Part shown: positions 49,113-63,507 of the stretch, one piece after another
How positions within the stretch are numbered: position 1 is the first letter of the stretch
Layout: each line of letters begins with the position of its first letter
Assembly: GCF_002854065.1 (NCBI RefSeq)
Contig: NZ_CP024147.1
Direction: 5' to 3' (one strand)
Length of the DNA stretch: 64,000 nt
Origin: Escherichia coli
GTDB taxonomy: Bacteria; Pseudomonadota; Gammaproteobacteria; Enterobacterales; Enterobacteriaceae
The notes under the pieces: generated by a model
The model's input: only the letters and a program-made list of their open reading frames with translations
Databases searched by the model: none
Told to the model about the DNA's origin: nothing
Made by a program: the position numbers and the translations under genes

Positions 49113-50483
49113 TTATGCCTGGCGAATTGCCTGTTCAACATCAAAGCGATTCGTCACTTTGCTGTCGATTTTCACATAAGCTGAATGTTCTTCTTCTGCA
49201 ATCAACACTTCTTTGATGCCTTCAGTTTCTAGCAAACGCACTTTTAACGCCTCGTTTGCGGCAATGTTCGCCGGGATTTCAATGCGCAAGCTGCTGACAT
49301 ACGGCGGTTCTTTCATGGTACTGGCGACTGCCAGCCACACTGCGGCCAGCATTGCGCCAGCGAGAAATACGCCCTGACCGTCAAACATGCCGTCAATCCA
49401 GCCGCCCAGTGAACCGCCAATCGCCACGCCAAGAAACTGGCTGGTGGAGTAAACACCCATCGCCGTACCTTTGTAACCTGCTGGCGACTCTTTACTGATA
49501 AGTGAGGGCAGGAGGGCTTCCATCAAATTAAACGCCACAAAGAAAAGCTGCACGCCGACCACCAGTTGCCAGAACTGCGTTTGCGCGTTCCACAACACAA
49601 TTTCCGCAACCACGATCAACCCGACGCAGAAGACAAAGACTTGCTTCATTTTGCGCTTAACTTCAGCGTAGATAATGAAAGGCACGACCGAGCCAAAGGC
49701 GATTAGCATTGTCGCCAGATAGACCTTCCAGTGTTCAGCCGCCGGGAACCCCGCATCAGCCAGTTGTCCGGGCAGGGCAACAAACGTCGACATCAGCAAA
49801 ATATGCAGACACATAATGCCAAAGTTGAGTTTCAGCAGCCGCGGTTCCGCCAGCACTTTACTGAAACTGCCTTTCACCATTCCGGACTCACGATTAAGTA
49901 CGTGAGTGCTACTGTTGGGCACAACCCAAATGGTCAACGCAATGCCGGTCGTTGCCAGAATAGCGATCATCCAGAACAGCGCGTGCAGCCCAAGTTTGTG
50001 AGTGATGATCGGGCCAAGCACCATCGCAATGGCAAAGGTAATGCCAAAGCTCACGCCGATAAACGCCATTGCTTTGGTGCGGTTTTGTTCGCGCGTGAGA
50101 TCGGAAAGCAGCGCCATAACGGCAGCGGCAATCGCACCGGAGCCTTGTAGCGCCCGACCCAGAATAATTCCCCAGATGGAGTCAGAGAGCGCAGCGATAA
50201 CGCTACCGGCGGCAAACACTGCCAGCCCACCGACAATTAATGGTTTGCGACCAATGCGGTCGGAAAGCAGGCCAAACGGAATCTGAAAAACGGCCTGAGT
50301 CAGACCATAAATACCAATGGCAATACCGATTAATGCTTCGCTGGCACCTTGCAGAGCCATGCCGTACGTGGTCAGAACCGGCAGAACCATGAACATGCCC
50401 AGCATGCGCAACGAGAATACGGTCCCTAAACCCCAGGTCGCGCGCCGCTCACCTGGTGTCATTTTATAATCGTTCATTACCAC
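49113..50483 (-). CDS. yajR: MFS transporter YajR
   Basis: 456 aa, 12 TM-like segments, C-terminal soluble tail; MVMNDYKMTPGERRATWGLGTVFSLRMLGMFMVLPVL. Confidence 0.9.
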   Translation of the reverse strand: MVMNDYKMTPGERRATWGLGTVFSLRMLGMFMVLPVLTTYGMALQGASEALIGIAIGIYGLTQAVFQIPFGLLSDRIGRKPLIVGGLAVFAAGSVIAALSDSIWGIILGRALQGSGAIAAAVMALLSDLTREQNRTKAMAFIGVSFGITFAIAMVLGPIITHKLGLHALFWMIAILATTGIALTIWVVPNSSTHVLNRESGMVKGSFSKVLAEPRLLKLNFGIMCLHILLMSTFVALPGQLADAGFPAAEHWKVYLATMLIAFGSVVPFIIYAEVKRKMKQVFVFCVGLIVVAEIVLWNAQTQFWQLVVGVQLFFVAFNLMEALLPSLISKESPAGYKGTAMGVYSTSQFLGVAIGGSLGGWIDGMFDGQGVFLAGAMLAAVWLAVASTMKEPPYVSSLRIEIPANIAANEALKVRLLETEGIKEVLIAEEEHSAYVKIDSKVTNRFDVEQAIRQA

Positions 50484-50883
50484 CTCTTAAAAAAATGCCC
50501 ACATAGTGTAGTGCGGAGCGCATGTTGGGTAAACAGAGTGTTAATGAGAAAATATTACAGAGGAGAATAATTTGTGTGTCAGGTATGTTTTTTGCATTCA
50601 TAAAATGAATGCTCTATATGTTGAAAAAATGAATTTTAAAGCTAAATAGTTTTACATCAAAAAAATAATAATATCATTTCTTGATTACCATGTGCATTTT
50701 TTATCTTACGAATATGCTAGTTTTATCTTACTAAATAAACGATTTGGTGACATGGATGATAATGTTTCAGGCTAAATGTGTGCTTATTACTTGGGCCTTT
50801 ATGGCACTGTATTTATTCATTAAATGGATGTTTGGTGGTTAATTATTATGGAAGTATATGACAGTGAGGACATAAAGGTATAC

Positions 50884-51819
50884 ATGTTAACTAAAAGAAT
50901 ATTATTTTCTTTAATGCTAATAGTTTCACCAGGCGTGGTGGCAAGCGAGAAAGCGCATGAATTGTATGACAGCATATACGGTGGTCAACCTGCGCCCGAT
51001 GTTATAAATACACTGCATAAAATGGCTGAATTGGGAGATGTCGACGCGCAGAGCCTGTTAGGCTGGGAATATTATCAGCCTCGCTATGATACCAAACCTG
51101 ATGTTCAGGAAGCGATTAAATGGTTCGAGTTAGCCGCTAAACAAGGTGACAGAGAAGCTCCGTTAGCGCTGGGGAGTATCTACTACATCGGTGAGCTGGT
51201 GCGGGTGGATTATGCCAAAGCGTATGCACTATTTAATCAGGCCGCGCAATACGGTGTGAATTTAGCATGGTCCAGGTTGGGCATGATGTACGCCAATGGT
51301 CAGTATGTTGAGGTAGATTGTAAGAAAGCGAAGGAATATCTTGATAAAGGTGTCCACATTTATGGTGGTCCGGAAGACTTTCTGGCTACATGTCGAAAAG
51401 ACATGATTGACAGAAAAACGGTTGACGATACGTTACCCGTGATCACGGTTACCCGTTCTGGGATGCGGGATAATTTTTTAGATAAAGATTTTTCCTGCAT
51501 GGATAGCCTCTTCGCCACCACCAATAAATTAGGCGAAGTGGCCAATCTTCGCGTGACATTCAGCATTCGTAGCCCATCCGGTAAGGAGATTAACCAAACG
51601 GTTGGCTTCGCGCCTTTCGGTTTAAACCGGCTGAATATTAGCTTTACTGATTACATATTTGATTCATTTACCAGTAATTCGTCTCTAATTCTTTATAAAC
51701 CGGAATTTGAGCGAAAATCTTGTGCAACTGTAAGGACCACAATCGTTGCCGCAACGGCAACCATTAACGGCAAGGATGTGGAGTTGCTGAAAGCGGGGGC
51801 AATTGAACAAAAGTGGTAA
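50884..51819 (+). CDS. Sel1-repeat (TPR-like) secreted protein with uncharacterised C-terminal domain; accessory
   Basis: ATG at 50884 after AAAGG RBS; signal peptide MLTKRILFSLMLIVSPGVVASE; Sel1 repeats (DAQSLLGWEYY, AIKWFELAAKQGDREAPLALGSIYYIGELVRVDYAKAYALFNQAAQYG, LAWSRLGMMYANGQYVEVDCKKAKEYLDKG). Confidence 0.75.
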   Translation: MLTKRILFSLMLIVSPGVVASEKAHELYDSIYGGQPAPDVINTLHKMAELGDVDAQSLLGWEYYQPRYDTKPDVQEAIKWFELAAKQGDREAPLALGSIYYIGELVRVDYAKAYALFNQAAQYGVNLAWSRLGMMYANGQYVEVDCKKAKEYLDKGVHIYGGPEDFLATCRKDMIDRKTVDDTLPVITVTRSGMRDNFLDKDFSCMDSLFATTNKLGEVANLRVTFSIRSPSGKEINQTVGFAPFGLNRLNISFTDYIFDSFTSNSSLILYKPEFERKSCATVRTTIVAATATINGKDVELLKAGAIEQKW

Positions 51820-51874
51820 CGCTGCTCAGCCCCCGGCTAAGGCAAAACTTGCCCTGGCGGGTGGCGATAATAAT

Positions 51875-52417
51875 CTAAGCCGCGAGAATATGCTGAATCG
51901 CCAAAAACATAGGTACAGCACCAAAAGCATTTGGTGTCGCTGAAAGCTGAACAAAGCCGAGACGAGCATAAAAGTTAATGGCGGCAGGGTCAGCATCAAG
52001 ATAAACCCCTTTAATTGGTAATGCCTGGTGAATTATTTTTACATGTTCAAAAAAATCACATAGTAGGTCCTGACCAAAGCCCCGCTTTTGATACTTCCGC
52101 GCCACCCCCAACATGACTAATCTGACAACACCAATCTCTGAAGGCTGTGAACCCTGAAGGACGCCAGAAACGCGTTGTTTTTCCAGCGAATATGCCGTAA
52201 AAGTACAGATGCCAATCAGTTCACCACTTTGTCTGTCAATAAGTGCTTTAGCCGCACAGTCGCTATTACGCACACTTTTCTTTAGCGATGTGCGTACAAA
52301 TTTATCGATAACAGGGTTACCGCAATCAAACTGTTTTTGCCCAGGATAAGTAATATCAGACTGATAATTACAGGAGAGGACTATGGGCAGAGTAATCTCT
52401 TCATGCTTGTCGACCAT
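51875..52417 (-). CDS. GNAT-family acetyltransferase, predicted type II toxin (TacT/AtaT/ItaT-like)
   Basis: 180 aa; FDCG motif near N-terminus, acetyl-CoA motif QKRGFGQDLL; overlaps upstream RHH/DUF1778-like ORF by 17 nt. Confidence 0.8.
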   Translation of the reverse strand: MVDKHEEITLPIVLSCNYQSDITYPGQKQFDCGNPVIDKFVRTSLKKSVRNSDCAAKALIDRQSGELIGICTFTAYSLEKQRVSGVLQGSQPSEIGVVRLVMLGVARKYQKRGFGQDLLCDFFEHVKIIHQALPIKGVYLDADPAAINFYARLGFVQLSATPNAFGAVPMFLAIQHILAA

Positions 52418-52712
52418 CGCTGTTTTTCCTTTTCATTAACGCCTTGAGTGCGAGCGTCGGTTGAGCAGGTTCGGCGATGAGTTGGTTCATCAGTTCCCAG
52501 CTTTGATTCGAAAGCTCACGGCGACGTTGGTTATCAAGCACGCTTTCGGCGCGTTCCATAGCAGCGCTCAAAATAAAGGCGCTTAAATCTAACCCAACGG
52601 CTTGCGCAGCTTCACGAAGTCTGTTTTTGGCGTCGGGACTGGTTTTGAGTTCAACCCGCGCATTTTTCAGCGTTTTATCGACATCGGGTAGAGTGGCTGT
52701 TTTTCCAGGCAT
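52401..52712 (-). CDS. predicted antitoxin (DUF1778 / ribbon-helix-helix-like) of the GNAT toxin
   Basis: 103 aa from ATG at 52710-52712 with AAGAGG RBS; MPGKTATLPDVDKTLKNARVELKTSPDAKNRLREAAQAVGLDLSAFILSAAMERAESVL; track ORF extends further upstream (52778) but lacks RBS. Confidence 0.7.
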   Translation of the reverse strand: MPGKTATLPDVDKTLKNARVELKTSPDAKNRLREAAQAVGLDLSAFILSAAMERAESVLDNQRRRELSNQSWELMNQLIAEPAQPTLALKALMKRKNSDGRQA

Positions 52713-52765
52713 TGTGACCTCTTTGATTAACTGAATGAAATCGTAGGGAGTCGATCTCATACATA

Positions 52766-52784
52766 ATACGGCTATCAACCGTAT
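52766..52784. promoter_or_regulatory. operator-like palindrome 1 upstream of the toxin-antitoxin operon
   Basis: atacgg ctatcaa ccgtat (ATACGG-N7-CCGTAT). Confidence 0.4.
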
Positions 52785-52819
52785 GATTAATTTATGTGCA
52801 TCTGCTCACTCTGTCAAGA

Positions 52820-52840
52820 GATACGGTTATTAGCCGTATC
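52820..52840. promoter_or_regulatory. operator-like palindrome 2 upstream of the toxin-antitoxin operon
   Basis: gatacgg ttattag ccgtatc (GATACGG-N7-CCGTATC), same half-site as palindrome 1. Confidence 0.4.
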
Positions 52841-52854
52841 TCTGATCTCAGACA

Positions 52855-52884
52855 ATAAAAAAGGTGCCGTAGCACCTTTTTAAT
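52855..52884. terminator. bidirectional hairpin terminator downstream of cyoE
   Basis: aaaaaa ggtgc cgta gcacc ttttt. Confidence 0.55.
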
Positions 52885-52896
52885 AGAGAGGTTTTG

Positions 52897-53787
52897 TTAC
52901 CACACAGCAGCCAGCAGCGTATGCGAGTCCGGTACCATAAAATCAACGGACATCATCACCGAGAGGGCAGTGATGGCGATGATAGAGAAGCCGAACAGCT
53001 TGCGCGCCCAGATTCTGTCATCAGCAACCTTATAACCGCGCAGGGCCATACCTAACCACCAGACGCTCACCGCCGCGGCGACCACCAGATATTTATATCC
53101 AGCGTAACCGCCAAGAGAGAGCATCAGCGTGGCAACGGCAAAGGCGATGATATACAGCGTGATGTGATTCTTCGCCACCGAAATGCCTTTTACCACTGGC
53201 AATACCGGAATGTTTGCCGCCTGGTAATCCTTAAAGCGGAAAATGGCGATGGCATAGGAGTGAGGCATCTGCCACAGGCTGAAGATAGCCAGCAGGATCG
53301 CTGCGCCGCTATCGAACTCGCCGGTTACTGCACAGTAGCCAATCACCGGCGGCGCAGCGCCGGAGAGCGAACCAATCAATGTGCCGTAGACTGAGTGGCG
53401 TTTCATGTACAGGCTATAAACGCCGACATAAACCACAAAGCCCATCACCCCCAGCCAGCAGGCCAGCGGATTCGCGCCAAACCACAGCAGCATAAAGCCA
53501 GCAATACCCAGCAAGGTGGCGTACACCAGCGAGACAGCAGGAGAGATCAGGCCTTTAACCAGCACCCGATTCTTCGTCCTTTCCATCTTTCTGTCGATAT
53601 CCCTGTCGATGTAGTTGTTAAACACACAACCCGACGCCACAACCAGTGACACCCCAACCAGCGTGTAGATAAACAGGGGATAATCAATGCTGCCCTTTGA
53701 GGCCAGCAGGAATCCCCCAATCACCGAGATCAGGTTGCCAAAGATGATGCCTGGTTTCGTTACTTGCAGGTATTGCTTAAACATCAT
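52897..53787 (-). CDS. cyoE: protoheme IX farnesyltransferase (heme O synthase)
   Basis: [32 protein letters not shown]... 296 aa; start trimmed to ATG at 53785-53787. Confidence 0.95.
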
Positions 53788-53798
53788 AACCGCCGCTC

Positions 53799-56735
<2,937 letters not shown>

Positions 56736-56744
56736 TCAACCCCT

Positions 56745-57695
<951 letters not shown>

Positions 57696-58151
57696 ACGAC
57701 CTCAATTCCACGGGATCTGGTGGCGTTTAAAGTGTGTGGGCATTTTACGGGAAGGTTACATTACTGTAAACATGATTAAATTCCTGTTACTTGGATTTGG
57801 CTGTCAGGTCACATATGTTGCAAAACATATCAGGTTGATTTTAAGAAGCTGTTGCAAAAGGGCGTTATAACAAAAGGGGAGTGCAGAAGGAGTCTGGGCG
57901 GGCAATTGGTATAACCAATGCGAAATAAAACAATTATTTAACAAATAATTATCATTGGAGTGACAACTGGGTGGTGAGAAAATAAAGACTCATTAGCTGA
58001 ATCGTGTAAGAAAAATAGAATTTATAAATGGCGCCAATAATTTCCAAACGCTAAGCCGCACAAAAGAACAAATATTAATAAGCGATGCTGATGTTTATTT
58101 AGCCGTAATAATTACGGCGAGTGATTACTACAGCTAAATAATATTTACAGA

Positions 58152-59627
58152 TTACGTCAGATGCGTTTTTCGTAGCGCCAGATAATCCAGCAAACCACCA
58201 AGCACGACGCCAGAAAGGGCGACTAAAACCCCGACTTCCAGCAGAGCAGGCAGGAAAGAGAAGTGCGTCAAATCCAGCGCGTCCATCGTCAACAGCAGTA
58301 ACCACACGGCCAACAGGCTGACGCCCGCCGCCAGTGTCCACATGGCAAAGGCATAACCTGCCGGATATGCGGTACGGGAGATAAAGTTGTCATTTACTCG
58401 TGTATATTCAAGCGTCTGGCGGCAAACCAGCAGCAAAATAAGCCCTGGTACGGCAGCGGCGACGGAGAATAGATAGAATGTCGACCAGCCGTGTGCTTCA
58501 ACAAACCAACCCGCCACGGGGCCGACATAAACTCGCCCTACAGCAGAAAGCGCTGAGAGCAGGGCAAATTGAGTAGCGGAAAATGACTTATTACATAGCG
58601 TCATTAACAGCGCGACAAAGGCTGATGTGCCCATCCCGCCACAGAGGTTTTCGAAAAAGACGGCTGCGCTCATGCTGTAGAGATGCTTATCAGTAATCGA
58701 CAGCAGCCAGTAACCAGCGTTAGACGCACCTTGTAAAATGCCGAAAATCAGCAGTGCCCGGAACAGTGACAGGCGCTGCATCAAAATCCCACCGTACAAT
58801 GCGCCAACAATGGTCGCTAGTAAGCCAAGCGTTTTGTTTACCACGCCTACTTCACCCGCATCAAACCCGACGCCGCGAATCAAAAACGTGGTTGTCAGGC
58901 TCATGGCGAATGCGTCGCCCAGCTTATACAGCACGATAAGAAGCAAAATAAGCCAGGCATTATTGCGACCAAAGAAATCTCGCAGAGGTGCAACAACCGC
59001 TTGTTCCAGCGTTTTGGGCACAGGAATGGTGTCGGTTGGTTCTGGTGCAAGCAACGTCGCGATAATACAGGGGATCAACAGCGCCGCCATCAACCAGTAC
59101 ATGCCCTGCCAGCCCAGCCATTTATCTGCCAGCCACAGGGCTAGGCCGCCGGAAACCAGCATCCCTAAACGGTAACCCAGCACGCTGATTGCCGCGCCCG
59201 CACCACGTTCTTCTGCCGGGAGCACATCGGTTTTCCACGCATCGAAGACAATATCCTGGGAGGCAGAGCAAAAAGCGATCACCACCGCCAGCGCCGCCAT
59301 CCAGCGGAGTTGGGTGCCTGGTTCGAGAAAACCCATCGCCGCAATGGCGACTAATAACAGGATTTGCGTGGCGAGCAGCCAACCGCGCCGCCGCCCAAAA
59401 AATGGGGGCGTGTAGCGGTCCATCAGCGGTGACCAGAGGAATTTAAAAACGTAAGCCTGGCCTACCAGAGAGAAGAAACCAATGGTTTTGAGATCGATAT
59501 TCTCGACCGTCATCCAGGCCTGTAAGGTGCCGGATGTCAGGGCGAGCGGTAGCCCGGAAGCAAAACCCAGGATCAGCAATATGGCTGAACGCGGCTGTTG
59601 AAAAATACGTAAATATTGACTGGACAT
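58152..59627 (-). CDS. ampG: muropeptide permease AmpG (MFS)
   Basis: MSSQYLRIFQQPRSAILLILGFASGLPLALTSGTLQAWMTVENIDLKTIGFFSLVGQAY... 491 aa. Confidence 0.95.
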   Translation of the reverse strand: MSSQYLRIFQQPRSAILLILGFASGLPLALTSGTLQAWMTVENIDLKTIGFFSLVGQAYVFKFLWSPLMDRYTPPFFGRRRGWLLATQILLLVAIAAMGFLEPGTQLRWMAALAVVIAFCSASQDIVFDAWKTDVLPAEERGAGAAISVLGYRLGMLVSGGLALWLADKWLGWQGMYWLMAALLIPCIIATLLAPEPTDTIPVPKTLEQAVVAPLRDFFGRNNAWLILLLIVLYKLGDAFAMSLTTTFLIRGVGFDAGEVGVVNKTLGLLATIVGALYGGILMQRLSLFRALLIFGILQGASNAGYWLLSITDKHLYSMSAAVFFENLCGGMGTSAFVALLMTLCNKSFSATQFALLSALSAVGRVYVGPVAGWFVEAHGWSTFYLFSVAAAVPGLILLLVCRQTLEYTRVNDNFISRTAYPAGYAFAMWTLAAGVSLLAVWLLLLTMDALDLTHFSFLPALLEVGVLVALSGVVLGGLLDYLALRKTHLT

Positions 59628-59670
59628 GGGCGTCTACAGGCCCGGCTTGCACCGGGCCAGAGGGCAGAAA

Positions 59671-60249
59671 TTAACGCGCGTTCTGCTTGATGAATTCGTG
59701 AATGCTGGTGTCCTGAGACATATCAGCGATGGTATCGGTCAGCACACTGTTAACCGCATCGGCGATATTTTTGTTGGAGGCCTGGAACGCACCTTCAACG
59801 TTGTAGCTGGCACGATAGTTTTTGGTCATTTTGTTGCCATTCTGCGCGGTAGCGATGATGGCGATATCCGCTTTGGTAGCGATGTTGTAGCGCACGTTGC
59901 CCTGGGACACGTCAGCATACAGTTGGCTAACGATGATTTGCAGATTAACCGGGCCATTCGGACCAACCATGTAACCACGCGCGGTCATCTGTTTTTCCAG
60001 CACTTCTTGCAGCAGGAAACGCAGATCGCGGGAGGCGGTCAGGGTAACGATTTGATTATCGCGGGTGACTTTTGCCAGCGCCTGATCGGTACGCTGATCG
60101 GCACCATTAATGCTTACGGTGACGCCCATCAGGCTTGGATCCTGCTGTGGCAGTGTAATCGTCGGGGAAACTTCAATAGTTGTTGGCGGTTTTGCGCATC
60201 CTGCAAGCATAAACAGAGCAACTAACGGGAAGAGGATTTTTTTGAACAT
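59671..60249 (-). CDS. yajG: lipoprotein YajG
   Basis: MFKKILFPLVALFMLAGC lipobox; 192 aa; start trimmed to ATG at 60247-60249. Confidence 0.88.
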   Translation of the reverse strand: MFKKILFPLVALFMLAGCAKPPTTIEVSPTITLPQQDPSLMGVTVSINGADQRTDQALAKVTRDNQIVTLTASRDLRFLLQEVLEKQMTARGYMVGPNGPVNLQIIVSQLYADVSQGNVRYNIATKADIAIIATAQNGNKMTKNYRASYNVEGAFQASNKNIADAVNSVLTDTIADMSQDTSIHEFIKQNAR

Positions 60250-60553
60250 GTTCGGGCTCTCAGAGACTCTTAAGCGTGTTTGGTAAAAATTCCCGCCATC
60301 ATAACATTGCCAACGGCGAGGGGAAGTAGGTAAGGCATGTAAATTCATCATGTTGACGAAATAATCGCCCCTGGTAAAAGAAACGCTGATGCGAGGCCTG
60401 TGTTTCAATCTTTAAATCAGTAAACTTCATACGCTTGACGGAAAAACCAGGACGAAACCTAAATATTTGTTGTTAAGCTGCAATGGAAACGGTAAAAGCG
60501 GCTAGTATTTAAAGGGATGGATGACATCTCAGCGTTGTCGGAGGAGATATTTC

Positions 60554-60871
60554 ATGATGATACGTGAGCGGATAGAAGAAAAATTAAGGGCGGCGTTCCA
60601 ACCCGTATTCCTCGAAGTAGTGGATGAAAGCTATCGTCACAATGTCCCAGCCGGCTCTGAAAGCCATTTTAAAGTTGTGCTGGTCAGCGATCGTTTTACG
60701 GGTGAACGTTTTCTGAATCGTCATCGAATGATTTACAGTACTTTAGCGGAGGAACTCTCTACTACCGTTCATGCGCTGGCTCTGCATACTTACACTATTA
60801 AGGAGTGGGAAGGGTTGCAGGACACCGTCTTTGCCTCTCCTCCCTGTCGTGGAGCAGGAAGCATCGCGTAA
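60554..60871 (+). CDS. bolA: stress-response morphogene regulator BolA
   Basis: [48 protein letters not shown]... 105 aa. Confidence 0.93.
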
Positions 60872-61205
60872 AAACGCATTTGCAACTGTCGGCGCTTTTC
60901 CAGTATGTTGCTAAAGATTTTATGAAAAACGGCCTGCGGGCCGTTTTGTTTTGTCTGGATTTTGCGCTTTTTGCCCAGCATTCAGACGAAAATTGCCCGG
61001 GAATTGTGAAAAAATACGCGACAGCGCGCAATAACCGTTCTCGACTCATAAAAGTGATGCCGCTATAATGCTGCGTCCTATTTGAATGCTTTCGGGATGA
61101 TTCTGGTAACAGGGAATGTGATTGGTTATAAGAACATCCCGGTTCCGCGAAGCCAACAACCTGTGCTTGCGGGGTAAGAGTTGACCGAGCACTGTGATTT
61201 TTTGA

Positions 61206-62513
<1,308 letters not shown>

Positions 62514-62545
62514 TTTACGCAGCATAACGCGCTAAATTCGCACAA

Positions 62546-62580
62546 AGGCCCGTCACCGCCAGGTGGTGGGCTTTTTTTTG
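62546..62580 (+). terminator. rho-independent terminator after tig
   Basis: GC-rich imperfect stem gcccgtcacc / ggtggtgggc followed by T8. Confidence 0.6.
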
Positions 62581-62758
62581 TCATGAATTTTGCATGGAAC
62601 CGTGCGAAAAGCCTCTTTCGGTGTTAGCGTAACAACAAAAGATTGTTATGCTTGAAATATGGTGATGCCGTACCCATAACACAGGGACTAGCTGATAATC
62701 CGTCCATAAGGTTACAATCGGTACAGCAGGTTTTTTCAATTTTATCCAGGAGACGGAA

Positions 62759-63382
62759 ATGTCATACAGCGGCGAACGAGATAACTTTGCACCCCATATG
62801 GCGCTGGTGCCGATGGTCATTGAACAGACCTCACGTGGTGAGCGCTCTTTTGATATCTATTCTCGTCTACTTAAGGAACGCGTCATTTTTCTGACTGGCC
62901 AGGTTGAAGACCACATGGCTAACCTGATTGTGGCGCAGATGCTGTTCCTGGAAGCAGAAAACCCAGAAAAAGATATCTATCTGTACATTAACTCCCCAGG
63001 CGGGGTGATCACTGCCGGGATGTCTATCTATGACACCATGCAGTTTATCAAGCCTGATGTCAGCACCATCTGTATGGGCCAGGCGGCCTCGATGGGCGCT
63101 TTCTTGCTGACCGCAGGGGCAAAAGGTAAACGTTTTTGCCTGCCGAATTCGCGCGTGATGATTCACCAACCGTTGGGCGGCTACCAGGGCCAGGCGACCG
63201 ATATCGAAATTCATGCCCGTGAAATTCTGAAAGTTAAAGGGCGTATGAATGAACTTATGGCGCTTCATACGGGTCAATCATTAGAACAGATTGAACGTGA
63301 TACCGAGCGCGATCGCTTCCTTTCCGCCCCTGAAGCGGTGGAATACGGTCTGGTCGATTCGATTCTGACCCATCGTAATTGA
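62759..63382 (+). CDS. clpP: ATP-dependent Clp protease proteolytic subunit
   Basis: [49 protein letters not shown]... 207 aa. Confidence 0.97.
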   Translation: MSYSGERDNFAPHMALVPMVIEQTSRGERSFDIYSRLLKERVIFLTGQVEDHMANLIVAQMLFLEAENPEKDIYLYINSPGGVITAGMSIYDTMQFIKPDVSTICMGQAASMGAFLLTAGAKGKRFCLPNSRVMIHQPLGGYQGQATDIEIHAREILKVKGRMNELMALHTGQSLEQIERDTERDRFLSAPEAVEYGLVDSILTHRN

Positions 63383-63507
63383 TGCCAGAGGCGCAACTGT
63401 GCCGCTATACTTATCCAGGGCGGCACAACGCTGTAAGCGGCTTGCGCCTGAGAATGGCATTTGCGTCGTCGTGTGCGGCACAAAGAACAAAGAAGAGGTT
63501 TTGACCC

